A stretch of 32,000 nt of DNA from Candidatus Brocadia sp. GTDB taxonomy: Bacteria > Planctomycetota > Brocadiia > Brocadiales > Brocadiaceae. Location: assembly GCA_021650915.1 (NCBI GenBank), contig CP091279.1, forward strand, positions 1,740,001 through 1,772,000, given 5' to 3'. Shown piece after piece: positions 10,658-19,092 of the stretch; within the stretch, counting starts at the first letter, position 1; every line of letters begins with the position of its first letter. The position numbers were made by a program, and so were the translations under genes. The notes under the pieces were generated by a model, which was not told where the DNA came from, did not search any database, and worked only from the letters and a program-made list of their open reading frames with translations.

Positions 10658-10776
10658 GCTGGTTCAATCGTCCCCGATTGAACCAAAACGTTTGGCATGA
10701 TTTCTTCGTATTGCACGGGTTCATGCCCATGTGTGCCATGCGAAACTTCAGGTTCAGCCTGCAAGACTGAACCAGC
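10658..10776. repeat. GGTTCA-hairpin repeat unit, copy 1 (most degenerate)
   Basis: gcTGGTTCAATCGtcccCGATTGAACCA ... cacgGGTTCAtgccc ... cAGGTTCAGCCTgcaAGACTGAACCAgc. The 5' hairpin is perfect and the 3' hairpin has 2 mismatches. Confidence 0.8.
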
Positions 10777-10810
10777 TTAAAGCGTAAATGTTGGAGTGGG
10801 CAATGCATTT

Positions 10811-10943
10811 GGCTGGTTCAATCGTCCACGATTGAACCAAGACGTTTGGCAAGATTTCACATTATTGCATGGGTTCATGCTCAGGTGTGCCATGCGAAAC
10901 ATCTGGTTCAGTCTGCAAGACTGAACCAGCCATGAGGACTGGT
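10811..10943. repeat. GGTTCA-hairpin repeat unit, copy 2
   Basis: It starts ggcTGGTTCAATCGtccaCGATTGAACCA and ends CTGGTTCAGTCTgcaAGACTGAACCAGcc atgaggactgg. Both hairpins are perfect, and the unit termini GGCTGGTTCA/TGAACCAGCC are inverted repeats. Confidence 0.85.
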
Positions 10944-11103
10944 AAATAATAGAAAGTCAATGCTTCAGACTACTATTAAGAGTTTGGGGTTTGAAGCCAC
11001 AGATTTCATTGATCACACAAATAACAACGAATCGGGTAAGGGTGGACTTCGTCGTGGGCGCTCAGACGAAAAAAGAAAGATTTTGCGCTGGAATACAATA
11101 CTC

Positions 11104-11133
11104 CGGAGAGCGAAGGCCCCCCTTCGCCCTCCG
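11104..11133 (-). repeat. Orphan copy of the terminator-like hairpin found at 11498-11526
   Basis: cggagagcgaagg cccc ccttcgccctccg has one mismatch in the stem. Its flank, ccgaatcgtcaggtctccgttatgatgtc, parallels ccgaatcttcaggtctcagttattgtagatgtc at the 3' end of the 621-aa gene. Confidence 0.6.
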
Positions 11134-11164
11134 AATCGTCAGGTCTCCGTTATGATGTCTTCAA

Positions 11165-11191
11165 GGGGTTCAAGTTTGCAACTTGAACCCC
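11165..11191. repeat. Solo perfect hairpin of the GGTTCA family
   Basis: GGGGTTCAAGTT tgc AACTTGAACCCC is a 12-bp perfect stem with a 3-nt loop. Confidence 0.7.
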
Positions 11192-11208
11192 ACGTTCATT
11201 AGCTATTA

Positions 11209-11339
11209 GCTGGTTCAATCGTCCACGATTGAACCAAAACGTTTGGCATGATTTCTTCGTATTGCACGGGTTCATGCCCATGTGTGCCATGTAAAACGTC
11301 AGGTTCAGTCTGCAAGACTGAACCTGCCATGAGGACTGG
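11209..11339. repeat. GGTTCA-hairpin repeat unit, copy 3
   Basis: gcTGGTTCAATCGtccaCGATTGAACCA ... CAGGTTCAGTCTgcaAGACTGAACCTGcc atgaggactgg. It is near-identical to copy 1 in the centre and to copy 2 at the 3' flank. Confidence 0.85.
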
Positions 11340-11497
11340 CAACGCCCTGCCCCACGATCATACGGATATCACCATACATGGGTAGGGTGGATTAAGGCGA
11401 TTGTCTTGTATCGCCGTGTCCACCTTTCGTTTCTGGTACTTCCGGATCTTTTAGCAATAAGGCGGAGCGCATCCGCCATTTCCCGTACAAATTCGAC

Positions 11498-11526
11498 CGG
11501 AGAGCGAAGGAACACTTCGCTCTCCG
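11498..11526 (-). terminator. Hairpin 12 nt downstream of the 621-aa gene stop (possible intrinsic terminator)
   Basis: CGGAGAGCGAAG gaaca CTTCGCTCTCCG is a perfect 12-bp stem. On the minus strand it is followed by GTCGAATTTGTAC, which is only a weak U-tract. Confidence 0.45.
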
Positions 11527-11538
11527 AATCTTCAGGTC

Positions 11539-13404
11539 TCAGTTATTGTAGATGTCCAGCACCTCCTGCTCGGTCAACGCCCGATGGGAAATACAAACCC
11601 CATCGATGACACCATTGAAGCAACCTTTCTTCGACAAGGAATTCCCGATTTTCATGCCAGGATAAGAGGTCAGCGGAACGATGCTGTTTCCTGCCGGGTG
11701 TCTTACCATCCTGACCAGTTGCCCATTGACATACAACTTCTGCTCGCCGGTGGTCTTGTTGTACGTGCCTGTAACATGATTCCAACCACCCACGGAATTA
11801 CCCATATTATATAACGCCGTCCTCTGCCTCCTGTTTCCACTTGCGTCTTGTGTCACCAGGGTAAATGCAATTGCATCAGGAGTCTTTTTGAGAAACTTTA
11901 AACCAAAGCCTTCACGCAATTGCGGATTAGAATGCATCCTCAATCCGTCGAAGATAAAATCATACCCCTTCGTGTCATTTGCATTCTTATAGAACCATGC
12001 GCCAAAGGAGACTTCCTCGCTGTTCATGGTCGGAATTGATACCTCATCGTCAACCCCGTCAAAACTCAGTCCGCTGCCGTTCTTGCCGGTGGTCCAGCTT
12101 GCGCCATTGATCGTGCCGTCATTACCGTTTCCTGACGAGTCTCCGGCAGTATCTCCACTTCCTTCATCAAGGGAATAACAAGCCTGCGCGTCCGGACAAG
12201 GACATATTGTTGGGGTTGGCGTTGGCGTTTCACATCCATCGAAAAGCGTTTGAAAATGTATTTCACTTCCCACATTAATACCTTCACCATTCTGCGCAAC
12301 TACTTTATAAAAATATTCATTACCAGGCAATAATCCTCCTATGTTTGCACTTGCAATAATATCGCTAATGCCCCCGCCCACACTCTGAACAGATGTAGTA
12401 ATAGGCAAACCTATACTTGTACGATAGATAAACCATACCGTCGTTGCTAAACCATTCGGATTAACAGTTCCACGTAATACCGCAGAATCACATGTTACAT
12501 CAGTCGGATCATTCGTTGTTGCAGAAGGCAAGTCACCGCTAACAAGACTTTTTCCTGAAATGAAAACAATAGAATCAAAAACCTCGTCTGCTGTATCAGC
12601 AATTGCTAGCTTCATATGATGGGTAATATTAGGGGTAACGGTTACCTGTGCGGTGAGTACGGTAGTAAAACCATCATACTGAAGATTATCGTATGGTGTT
12701 GGGGTTCCTAAGTCGCTAGGGTCATTATTATTATAATATGCTGAATTTCTCAGCATGTTGATATTGTTGATTGCAACAGGTGTCGTCGTGCTAGGAATTA
12801 AGGCGATGTTAACGCCATCTACAAAAAAGCCAAAGACATCATTAAAAGAGCTGTCAACGTATTCGTTGTATTCTTCCGAAGCAAAAACATATTGAAAAGA
12901 TAAGGTATTCCCAGTCGGAATAAAATCAAACTCAAGCACTGCTGCGTCACACGTAAAGTCACCAACAAGCATGTCGAGGTCAGAGTCGCCAAACGTATTG
13001 TTTATTATAGTAAACTCGTCAGACATATTGGGACCATTTACAAAAGATATGTCTCCGGAACTTAAAACAACACCACCCTCAATCCCTATTCCATTAGACA
13101 ATCCATCGCTGAAACTCCCCCCCGCTACATTGGCACCCGTAAATGTTGCATTGCTCACACTTACTCCCTCTCCAACTAACGACTCAGCAAGTTGTGTTGC
13201 GGTAAGTGTATTTAAGTCATTGGTTACAATTGCTGCGATAATAACACTTTTGTCAAGAAAAGCACTTGCCTCCGCCGCCTTTTTACGCACCTTCTTTAAT
13301 TGTTCAAAAGAAAGTTGTTGACCATACGTCCCAAAAGAAAAAATTATCATAAAAAACATGCTCAATCCCATGAAACGATATATTATAGCATTATAATTTC
13401 TCAT
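11539..13404 (-). CDS. Secreted protein: signal peptide, choice-of-anchor-L domain, FN3/Ig-like domain, Cys/Thr-Pro linker, LamG (concanavalin-A-like) domain
   Basis: 621 aa. The N-terminus is hydrophobic (MGLSMFFMIIFSFGTYGQQ). The block NATFTG...GVVLSSGDI...DLD...AAVLEFDFIP..LSFQYVFASEEYNEYV..FNDVFGFFV.G.NIALIP...YDGFT..LTA...H.MKLAIADT.D..FDSIVFI matches my recollection of choice-of-anchor L. VLRGTVNPNGLATTVWF is FN3-like. The C-terminal LSFDGVDDEVSIP...KLYVNG is LamG-like. Confidence 0.75.
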   Translation of the reverse strand: MRNYNAIIYRFMGLSMFFMIIFSFGTYGQQLSFEQLKKVRKKAAEASAFLDKSVIIAAIVTNDLNTLTATQLAESLVGEGVSVSNATFTGANVAGGSFSDGLSNGIGIEGGVVLSSGDISFVNGPNMSDEFTIINNTFGDSDLDMLVGDFTCDAAVLEFDFIPTGNTLSFQYVFASEEYNEYVDSSFNDVFGFFVDGVNIALIPSTTTPVAINNINMLRNSAYYNNNDPSDLGTPTPYDNLQYDGFTTVLTAQVTVTPNITHHMKLAIADTADEVFDSIVFISGKSLVSGDLPSATTNDPTDVTCDSAVLRGTVNPNGLATTVWFIYRTSIGLPITTSVQSVGGGISDIIASANIGGLLPGNEYFYKVVAQNGEGINVGSEIHFQTLFDGCETPTPTPTICPCPDAQACYSLDEGSGDTAGDSSGNGNDGTINGASWTTGKNGSGLSFDGVDDEVSIPTMNSEEVSFGAWFYKNANDTKGYDFIFDGLRMHSNPQLREGFGLKFLKKTPDAIAFTLVTQDASGNRRQRTALYNMGNSVGGWNHVTGTYNKTTGEQKLYVNGQLVRMVRHPAGNSIVPLTSYPGMKIGNSLSKKGCFNGVIDGVCISHRALTEQEVLDIYNN

Positions 13405-13753
13405 TTTTTCCTCCCGCCTTACTATTCTCGTATTAAATCAATAAAAAGGACCTTTTTGTATTTCACCGTTACTTTTGCCGCTAACAAGCCTCCTTTCGCA
13501 AAAAATGATTTCCTTCTTACTTCAAACAAAAAAAGCCCTGCCACCGATTTTTACTCAATCTTTACCTTCGACAGTAAGGCTATCTTTCTCTCTTCCTGCT
13601 TCTGCAGGAAGATATTCAAAAGACCCTGTTACTTTGCGTCCCCTGATCACTCAGGGTTCGCCTTTATCGTTATAATATTACTGTGTAAGAACTTCTTTTT
13701 TTGTAAGTTTTTTCACAAACCTCTTTCAGAAGGTACCGTTTTTTATGAGTGAA

Positions 13754-13845
13754 AGATTGCTTCGTTTCACTCGCAATGACAACATGCAGTGTACCATCAA
13801 AGTGCATGGTCGCTGTCATTGCGAGGGCCTTTTCCGAAGCAATCT
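13754..13845. repeat. ~90-bp palindromic intergenic element
   Basis: The arms agattgcttcg...ctcgcaatgaca (13754-13781) and tgtcattgcgag...cgaagcaatct (13814-13845) are reverse complements. No flanking direct repeat was seen. Confidence 0.75.
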
Positions 13846-14085
13846 CCCCGCTTTCATAAAGGAAATTTGGTTGCGGCTGTGCCGCGCTATGTAATTGTAT
13901 TGCTGGGAATAACGGGAATAAGCTACCAGTTTGTTTTTCCCGTATCAAGCGGAAAATAAAAATGCACACACTGGGACATTTTCTATAGCAAGGTCTTACC
14001 GCGAGTTTTTTATTGAAAATTTCTCGTATCTATTCAGCGTACTTTCGCTCATAATCACTACGAGTGAACAAGCTATCGATTCTGT

Positions 14086-14243
14086 AATCCCGAAGGGATG
14101 TCATGATTATAGCACATGGTTATGCAAGTGTGGTTAACCCCGTAAGGGGTGGCATAGTATCGCTATTTTCCCGATATTTCACCCCTTACGGGGTTGAATA
14201 TGGTGATGCGTTTTTTCTATAATCATGTCATTCCTTCGGGATT
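14086..14243. repeat. ~158-bp inverted-repeat element with two inner self-palindromes
   Basis: The left arm aatcccgaagggatgtcatgattatag...aaccccgtaaggggtg pairs with the right arm caccccttacggggtt...ctataatcatgtcattccttcgggatt. The arm ends match and the arm middles are divergent. ACCCCgtaaGGGGT (14137-14150) and ACCCCttacGGGGT (14181-14194) are each hairpins. Confidence 0.75.
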
Positions 14244-14513
14244 TTTCAAAAAACTCTATTGTTACAAAATTTAAAGTGAAAGATACCTGAAAAGTTATTA
14301 TAATAATACAAAAAATCACGAGAGCATTGCGGTGCAAAATCTTTCTTCGTACGTTTTTACACCCCCCTTCACCACCCTTGATAGGGGGGATTTGGTTGCG
14401 GCTCTGCTGAGCTATGACAAAACTGTTTCGAGACCCGTGAGGTGAAGGCTCCTGGCTGATGCTCAATTGCTGATTTTCCGAGCCTTTGAATTTTGACGTA
14501 AGGAACAATATTT

Positions 14514-16034
14514 GTGGCCGATAACAACATCATGATTTTTGATACCACCCTCCGTGACGGCGAGCAGTCACCCGGCGCCAGTCTGGATATCAATGAAAAG
14601 GTTCAGATTGCACGACAACTGGCGCTCCTGAACGTGGACGTCATCGAGGCCGGGTTTCCCGTCTCATCACCGGGCGACTTCGAGTCCGTCCGGAGAATCG
14701 CACAGGAAATTCGCGGGGTTTCCGTCGCCGGTCTTGCCCGCGCCGTTGAAAAGGATATCGACAACGCAGCCAGGGCGCTGGAAAAGGCCGATAAACCACG
14801 TATCCACGTCTTCCTCGCCACCTCAGAGATCCACAGAAAATACAAACTTCAAAAGGCAAAGGACGAGATCCTGCATCTGGCCGTAAAGAGCGTGAAGCAT
14901 GCCATTCAATATGTCAGCGATGTAGAATTTTCTACGGAAGATGCATCAAGAACCGAACTCGACTTTCTCATCCAGGTGGTTGAGGCGGTTATTGACGCCG
15001 GCGCAAAAACGGTTAATATCCCCGATACGGTCGGCTATGCGGTGCCCGATCAGTATGCCGCCATTATCAGCGGACTAAAGAAGAACGTTAAGAATATCAA
15101 TAAGGCAATCATCAGCGTGCATTGCCACAATGATCTCGGACTTGCCGTGGCCAATTCCCTCGCGGCAATAAAGGCCGGCGCACAACAGATCGAGTGCACT
15201 ATTAATGGAATTGGAGAACGGGCAGGGAATGCAGCCCTTGAAGAGATCGTTATGGCCCTGAAGACCCGCCAGGACTTTTATCAGCGATCCACCCGCGTTG
15301 CCACCCGGGAACTGATTGCCACGAGCAAACTGGTAAGCACCCTGACGGGGCTGCGGGTACAGCGGAACAAGGCCATTGTCGGCGAAAATGCCTTTGCGCA
15401 CCAATCCGGGGTGCATCAGGACGGGGTGATCAAGGAACGCACCACGTACGAAATTATGAAACCCGAGGACGTTGGGTATCTAAAAACCCGTCTCGTCCTG
15501 GGAAAACTGTCCGGACGGAATGCCCTGAAAACCCGCATCAAGGAACTGGGGTACGAATTATCAGAGAGCGAATTCGAACGCGCCTTTGAAGAATTCAAAC
15601 ACATTGCTGATAAGAAAAAAGAGATCTTTGATGAAGACATTGAGGCTATTATTGGCATAGAAAAGATGGAAGTCCCCGCCATCTTTCACCTGGAAAGTCT
15701 CACCATCAGTTGCGGACCCAATGCCGTGCCGACCGCCGGGGTAAGGTTGAAATTACCGGACGGTCGCCTGGTGGACAACACCACCACGGGAGACGGCCCC
15801 ATTGATGCCCTTTTCAAGGCGATTGATCTCTCTACCGGCATCACCGGCACGTTGCAGGATTATAATATCCGCGCCGTGACCAGCGGAAAAGACGCCATGG
15901 GAGAGGTGCATGTGAATATTGAGGTTGAGGGCAAGACCATAGGAGGCCGCGCCGTAAGCACGGACATCATCGAGGCCAGTGCAAAGGCCTACTTAAACGC
16001 CATCAACAAAATCGCTGTATTGAAAATTATGTAG
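14514..16034 (+). CDS. leuA: 2-isopropylmalate synthase
   Basis: 506 aa with [29 protein letters not shown] and a C-terminal LeuA regulatory-domain-like region. GTG start at 14514 (AAGGA 10 nt upstream), with ATG 14532 as the alternative. Confidence 0.9.
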   Translation: MADNNIMIFDTTLRDGEQSPGASLDINEKVQIARQLALLNVDVIEAGFPVSSPGDFESVRRIAQEIRGVSVAGLARAVEKDIDNAARALEKADKPRIHVFLATSEIHRKYKLQKAKDEILHLAVKSVKHAIQYVSDVEFSTEDASRTELDFLIQVVEAVIDAGAKTVNIPDTVGYAVPDQYAAIISGLKKNVKNINKAIISVHCHNDLGLAVANSLAAIKAGAQQIECTINGIGERAGNAALEEIVMALKTRQDFYQRSTRVATRELIATSKLVSTLTGLRVQRNKAIVGENAFAHQSGVHQDGVIKERTTYEIMKPEDVGYLKTRLVLGKLSGRNALKTRIKELGYELSESEFERAFEEFKHIADKKKEIFDEDIEAIIGIEKMEVPAIFHLESLTISCGPNAVPTAGVRLKLPDGRLVDNTTTGDGPIDALFKAIDLSTGITGTLQDYNIRAVTSGKDAMGEVHVNIEVEGKTIGGRAVSTDIIEASAKAYLNAINKIAVLKIM

Positions 16035-16055
16035 GGGCGTATGGCGGTACGCCCC
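16034..16055 (+). other. GC-rich hairpin starting at the last base of the leuA stop codon
   Basis: GGGGCGTA tggcgg TACGCCCC is an 8-bp perfect stem. No T-tract follows, so it is not a canonical intrinsic terminator. Confidence 0.4.
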
Positions 16056-16119
16056 TCCATTGCCGGAATTTGCATAAAACGAACTATCACAAAAAATCAG
16101 ATATCTTTCAAATAAACCC

Positions 16120-17616
16120 GTGATCTGTATACCCATCATTGCAAACAATCTTGATGACGCCCTCCGGGATATGGATGAGGCATCAAAGGTTGCGGATATT
16201 ATCGAAGTGCGCCTCGATTACCTGAAAAATCCTGACCTGAAATGCATCCTGGAAAGGCGCACAAAACCCGTCATTATTACCAACAGACCGGTCCGCGAGG
16301 GTGGCAGGTTTGACGGGAGCGAAGAGGACAGGATCGCCGTGCTGCAACTCGCCATCCGGTTACACGCCGATTATGTTGATATCGAGCATGACAGCATTCA
16401 TAATTTATGGAGGGACACGGCGCACCGCATCCCTGCAAATAAAACAAAAATCATTGTCTCCTATCATAATTTCCGTGAGACACCTGACAACCTGATTTCC
16501 CTGTATCAGAGACTCAGCCAGAGCGATGCCGACATCATAAAAATCGTCACCTACGCAAATACGATCACGGATAACGTCAAAATCTGCCGTCTGCTCCGGC
16601 AGACAAGCGGGCAGATGATCTCGTTTTGTATGGGTGAGTATGGCATGATCAGCCGTATCCTCTATAAAAGGTTTGGCAGCTACCTGACCTTTGCATCCCT
16701 CAGAAAGGGAAAGGAATCTGCCCCTGGACAGGTCAGTATTCAGGACTTTCTTGCCACCTACCAGGCCCAGAGGCAGGACAAAGATACGGAAATCTATGGA
16801 CTGATTGGCAACCCGGTCTCTCACAGCATCAGTCCGCTTATCCACAATACGCTCTTCAGGGAAATGAACTTCAACAAGATCTATGTCCCTTTTCAGGTAG
16901 ACAATATTGGTGATTTTATCAGGATATTTCGGGAACTGGAGGTGCAGGGCTACAGTGTGACAATCCCGCATAAAGAGTCCGTCATCCCTCATCTGGATGC
17001 AATAGACCCTCTGGCGAAAAAGATCGGCGCCGTAAATACGATTGTGAATAAAGGCGGCCGGTTAACCGGTTTTAATACCGACTGTCAGGCGGCCATGCAG
17101 GCGCTCGAAGAGACGCAACAGGCAACAGGAACAGGCACCGGGAATGATCCTTTCATGGGAAGACACGTTACCCTGTTAGGCGCCGGCGGCGCTGCCCGGG
17201 CAATCGCCTTTGGATTACGGGAACGTGGCGCACACGTAACGATAGTAAACAGAAATCATGAACGGGCACAGGCACTCGCCAGAGACGTTGGCTGTTTATC
17301 GGGAGAATTCGGAGATCTGCAGGAAATCAAGACTGATATCCTCATTCATGCCACCCCGGTAGGCATGTTTCCCGCGGTGAATGAAACCCCGGTTGATAAA
17401 GATCAGCTCACTCCCAATATGGTCGTTTTTGATACTATTTACAATCCTTTAGAGACGCGGCTTCTGCGTGAAGCCAAAGCTCAGGGCTGTAAAACCGCCG
17501 GTGGTCTGCCGATGTTTGTAAACCAGGCAGCGGCACAATTCGAGCTGTGGACCGGCGTGAAACCTTCGCGTGCCCTGATTGAAGACATCGTCTCTAAAAA
17601 GTTCCCCGGAGGGTGA
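16120..17616 (+). CDS. aroDE: Bifunctional 3-dehydroquinate dehydratase (type I) / shikimate 5-dehydrogenase
   Basis: 498 aa. The N-terminal ~215 aa are AroD-like (ICIPI..., EVRLDYL, IIVSYHNF, DIIKIV). The C-terminal part is AroE-like (IYGLIGNPVSHSISPLIHN, TIPHKE, GAVNTI, GAGGAARA). The GTG start at 16120 has no clear SD. Confidence 0.85.
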   Translation: MICIPIIANNLDDALRDMDEASKVADIIEVRLDYLKNPDLKCILERRTKPVIITNRPVREGGRFDGSEEDRIAVLQLAIRLHADYVDIEHDSIHNLWRDTAHRIPANKTKIIVSYHNFRETPDNLISLYQRLSQSDADIIKIVTYANTITDNVKICRLLRQTSGQMISFCMGEYGMISRILYKRFGSYLTFASLRKGKESAPGQVSIQDFLATYQAQRQDKDTEIYGLIGNPVSHSISPLIHNTLFREMNFNKIYVPFQVDNIGDFIRIFRELEVQGYSVTIPHKESVIPHLDAIDPLAKKIGAVNTIVNKGGRLTGFNTDCQAAMQALEETQQATGTGTGNDPFMGRHVTLLGAGGAARAIAFGLRERGAHVTIVNRNHERAQALARDVGCLSGEFGDLQEIKTDILIHATPVGMFPAVNETPVDKDQLTPNMVVFDTIYNPLETRLLREAKAQGCKTAGGLPMFVNQAAAQFELWTGVKPSRALIEDIVSKKFPGG

Positions 17617-17637
17617 CAGAGATCACGGATACCAGCC

Positions 17638-18177
17638 TTGAATATCTTCTTAATTGGCTTTCGCGGCACGGGTAAAACTACCATTGGTAAACTCCTTGCC
17701 CAGCGGCTTGACAAGGAGTTCATTGACACCGATGAATACCTGGAACAAAAACAGGGAAAGACCATCAAAGACCTTTTTCGCGAAGGCGGCGAGCCGTTGT
17801 TCCGGGACATTGAGGCGCAAACGATCGCAGAGGTATGCCGTCCCGACAATCGGGTCATCGCAACCGGCGGTGGCGTAATCCTTCGGGAGGAAAACGTACG
17901 GAGACTCAGGAAAAACGGCATTATCATCCTCCTGGATGCCGATGCGGACACCCTGTACAAGCGAATCCACGACAATGCGCAGACACAGCAGAAAAGACCA
18001 AGCCTTACCAGTCTCAATGCATACGAGGAGATTGAGTATCTTTTGGCATACCGGCGGCCGCTCTATGACAGGATAGCAGATTTCGTAATAAACACCGCCA
18101 GCCTGTCCAAACACGACGCTGTAAACAAGATACTATCCTTTCTTCATACCTATGTAAAGGACTTGAGAAAAGGCTAA
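17638..18177 (+). CDS. aroK: Shikimate kinase
   Basis: 179 aa with the P-loop GFRGTGKTTIGK, DTD, a GGG(V) block and FR..E. The start is TTG at 17638. Confidence 0.85.
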   Translation: MNIFLIGFRGTGKTTIGKLLAQRLDKEFIDTDEYLEQKQGKTIKDLFREGGEPLFRDIEAQTIAEVCRPDNRVIATGGGVILREENVRRLRKNGIIILLDADADTLYKRIHDNAQTQQKRPSLTSLNAYEEIEYLLAYRRPLYDRIADFVINTASLSKHDAVNKILSFLHTYVKDLRKG

Positions 18178-18334
18178 CCCCTTTCTGCCGCGGGAAACTT
18201 TTGAGCCGAACCCACCTACACGTTTTTCCCAACAGAGGACTTCACCGTGAACTCAATCGAACGATTCACTTCACCCTTCGCAAGCTCAGGACAGGCTTCA
18301 TCCACCCGACCCACCGTATCATACCAGGAATTCC

Positions 18335-18371
18335 TTGACAAAGACATGGAATTCATGCATATTAATGCATA
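18335..18371 (+). promoter_or_regulatory. Candidate vapBC promoter/operator
   Basis: TTGACA at 18335-18340, with AT-rich -10 candidates (CATATT/ATTAAT) 17-20 nt downstream. ATGCATAT occurs twice (18354-18361, 18364-18371) at 10-bp spacing, and ATGCAT is itself palindromic. AGGAGG lies at 18391-18396 before ATG 18404. Confidence 0.3.
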
Positions 18372-18403
18372 TCTTAAAGCATCTTTTGTTAGGAGGCAAA
18401 TTC

Positions 18404-18601
18404 ATGAGGACAACAATAAACATCGATGACGCGTTGCTTGATAAGGCAGCGAAGTTAACCGGTATTGGGGAAAAAACGTCACTGGTGAGACTCGCTCTCG
18501 AAGCGCTCATTGCACAGGAAAGCGCCAGGCGACTCGCTAAATTGGGAGGCACTGAAAAGAAACTGAAGATGATACCGCGAAGGAAGGCAACAGGCGCATA
18601 A
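18404..18601 (+). CDS. vapB: Type II antitoxin, VapB family
   Basis: 65 aa, MRTTINIDDALLDKAAKLTG..., a typical VapB/DUF2191-like N-terminus. There is a strong SD (AGGAGG). The stop is 1 nt before the PIN gene start. The upstream extension of the ORF to 18335 is unlikely to be real. Confidence 0.8.
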   Translation: MRTTINIDDALLDKAAKLTGIGEKTSLVRLALEALIAQESARRLAKLGGTEKKLKMIPRRKATGA

Positions 18602-18602
18602 G

Positions 18603-18959
18603 ATGGTTCTCGTTGACACTTCCATATGGGTAGTGCATTTGCGGAACGGAGACATTGGGCTTGAAACACTGCTCAATGAGGGAAGCGCGGTATGTCATCC
18701 ATTCATCGTTGGTGAGCTTGCTTGCGGCAATCTCAAAAACAGGGCTGAAATACTTTCTCTCCTGCAAACGCTTCCTATGGCAATCCCTGGAGAACACGAA
18801 GAAGTAATGAGATTCATAGAAGATCATGCGCTTATGAGGAAAGGGTTAGGGTACATCGACATTCACTTGATTGTCTCGGCTGTAATAACTGGTATCCCTC
18901 TGTGGACAGTTGACAAGAAACTCGACGAGATTGCTCTAAAACTGGGGATAGGGTACTAA
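18603..18959 (+). CDS. vapC: Type II toxin, PIN-domain ribonuclease VapC
   Basis: 118 aa, MVLVDTSIWV... (first catalytic Asp), with later acidic residues in PIN-like positions. It is tightly coupled to vapB (TAA-G-ATG). Confidence 0.8.
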   Translation: MVLVDTSIWVVHLRNGDIGLETLLNEGSAVCHPFIVGELACGNLKNRAEILSLLQTLPMAIPGEHEEVMRFIEDHALMRKGLGYIDIHLIVSAVITGIPLWTVDKKLDEIALKLGIGY

Positions 18960-19092
18960 TCAAGGGACTTTGGGGCTGACCTTGAAAAGACAGAAAGGTT
19001 CGTTGCAGCCGGGTAGGTTTGGTTGAATAAAACGAAACTCAACGGATTTATTAGCGTTATTGTATTACTGTATAAAATCTTCCTTACAAAGA

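Noticed and set aside
10659-10685. GGTTCAATC resembles a tRNA T-arm, considered as a possible tRNA or tRNA fragment
   Set aside because: The stem is 11 bp with a 4-nt loop. There is no acceptor, D or anticodon arm around it, and the same motif recurs as part of the repeat family.
10554-11202. ORFs 10554-10808 (-, 84 aa), 10279-10557 (-, 92 aa) and 10960-11202 (+, 80 aa)
   Set aside because: They run through the repeat units and hairpins, have no RBS and have low-complexity or odd composition. They are most likely translated repeats.
10658-11339. Three evenly similar repeats, considered as a possible CRISPR array
   Set aside because: The units are ~120-130 bp, far longer than CRISPR repeats. 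The spacings are irregular (about 35 bp and about 265 bp). The units are internally complex and no cas genes are present.
13300-14593. ORFs 13300-13752, 13475-13675, 13670-13969, 13931-14137, 14179-14508 and 14369-14593 in the long intergenic gap
   Set aside because: They are overlapping frames across palindromic elements and AT-rich, low-complexity sequence. None has a recognisable domain or a good start context.
16034-16055. Hairpin after leuA, considered as a canonical rho-independent terminator
   Set aside because: It has a good 8-bp GC stem but no downstream T-run. aroDE starts 65 nt later in the same orientation, so read-through is plausible. It is reported only as a hairpin.
16405-18114. 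Minus-strand ORFs 16405-16992, 17481-18017 and 17650-18114
   Set aside because: They are antisense to aroDE and aroK, which have clear catalytic motifs.
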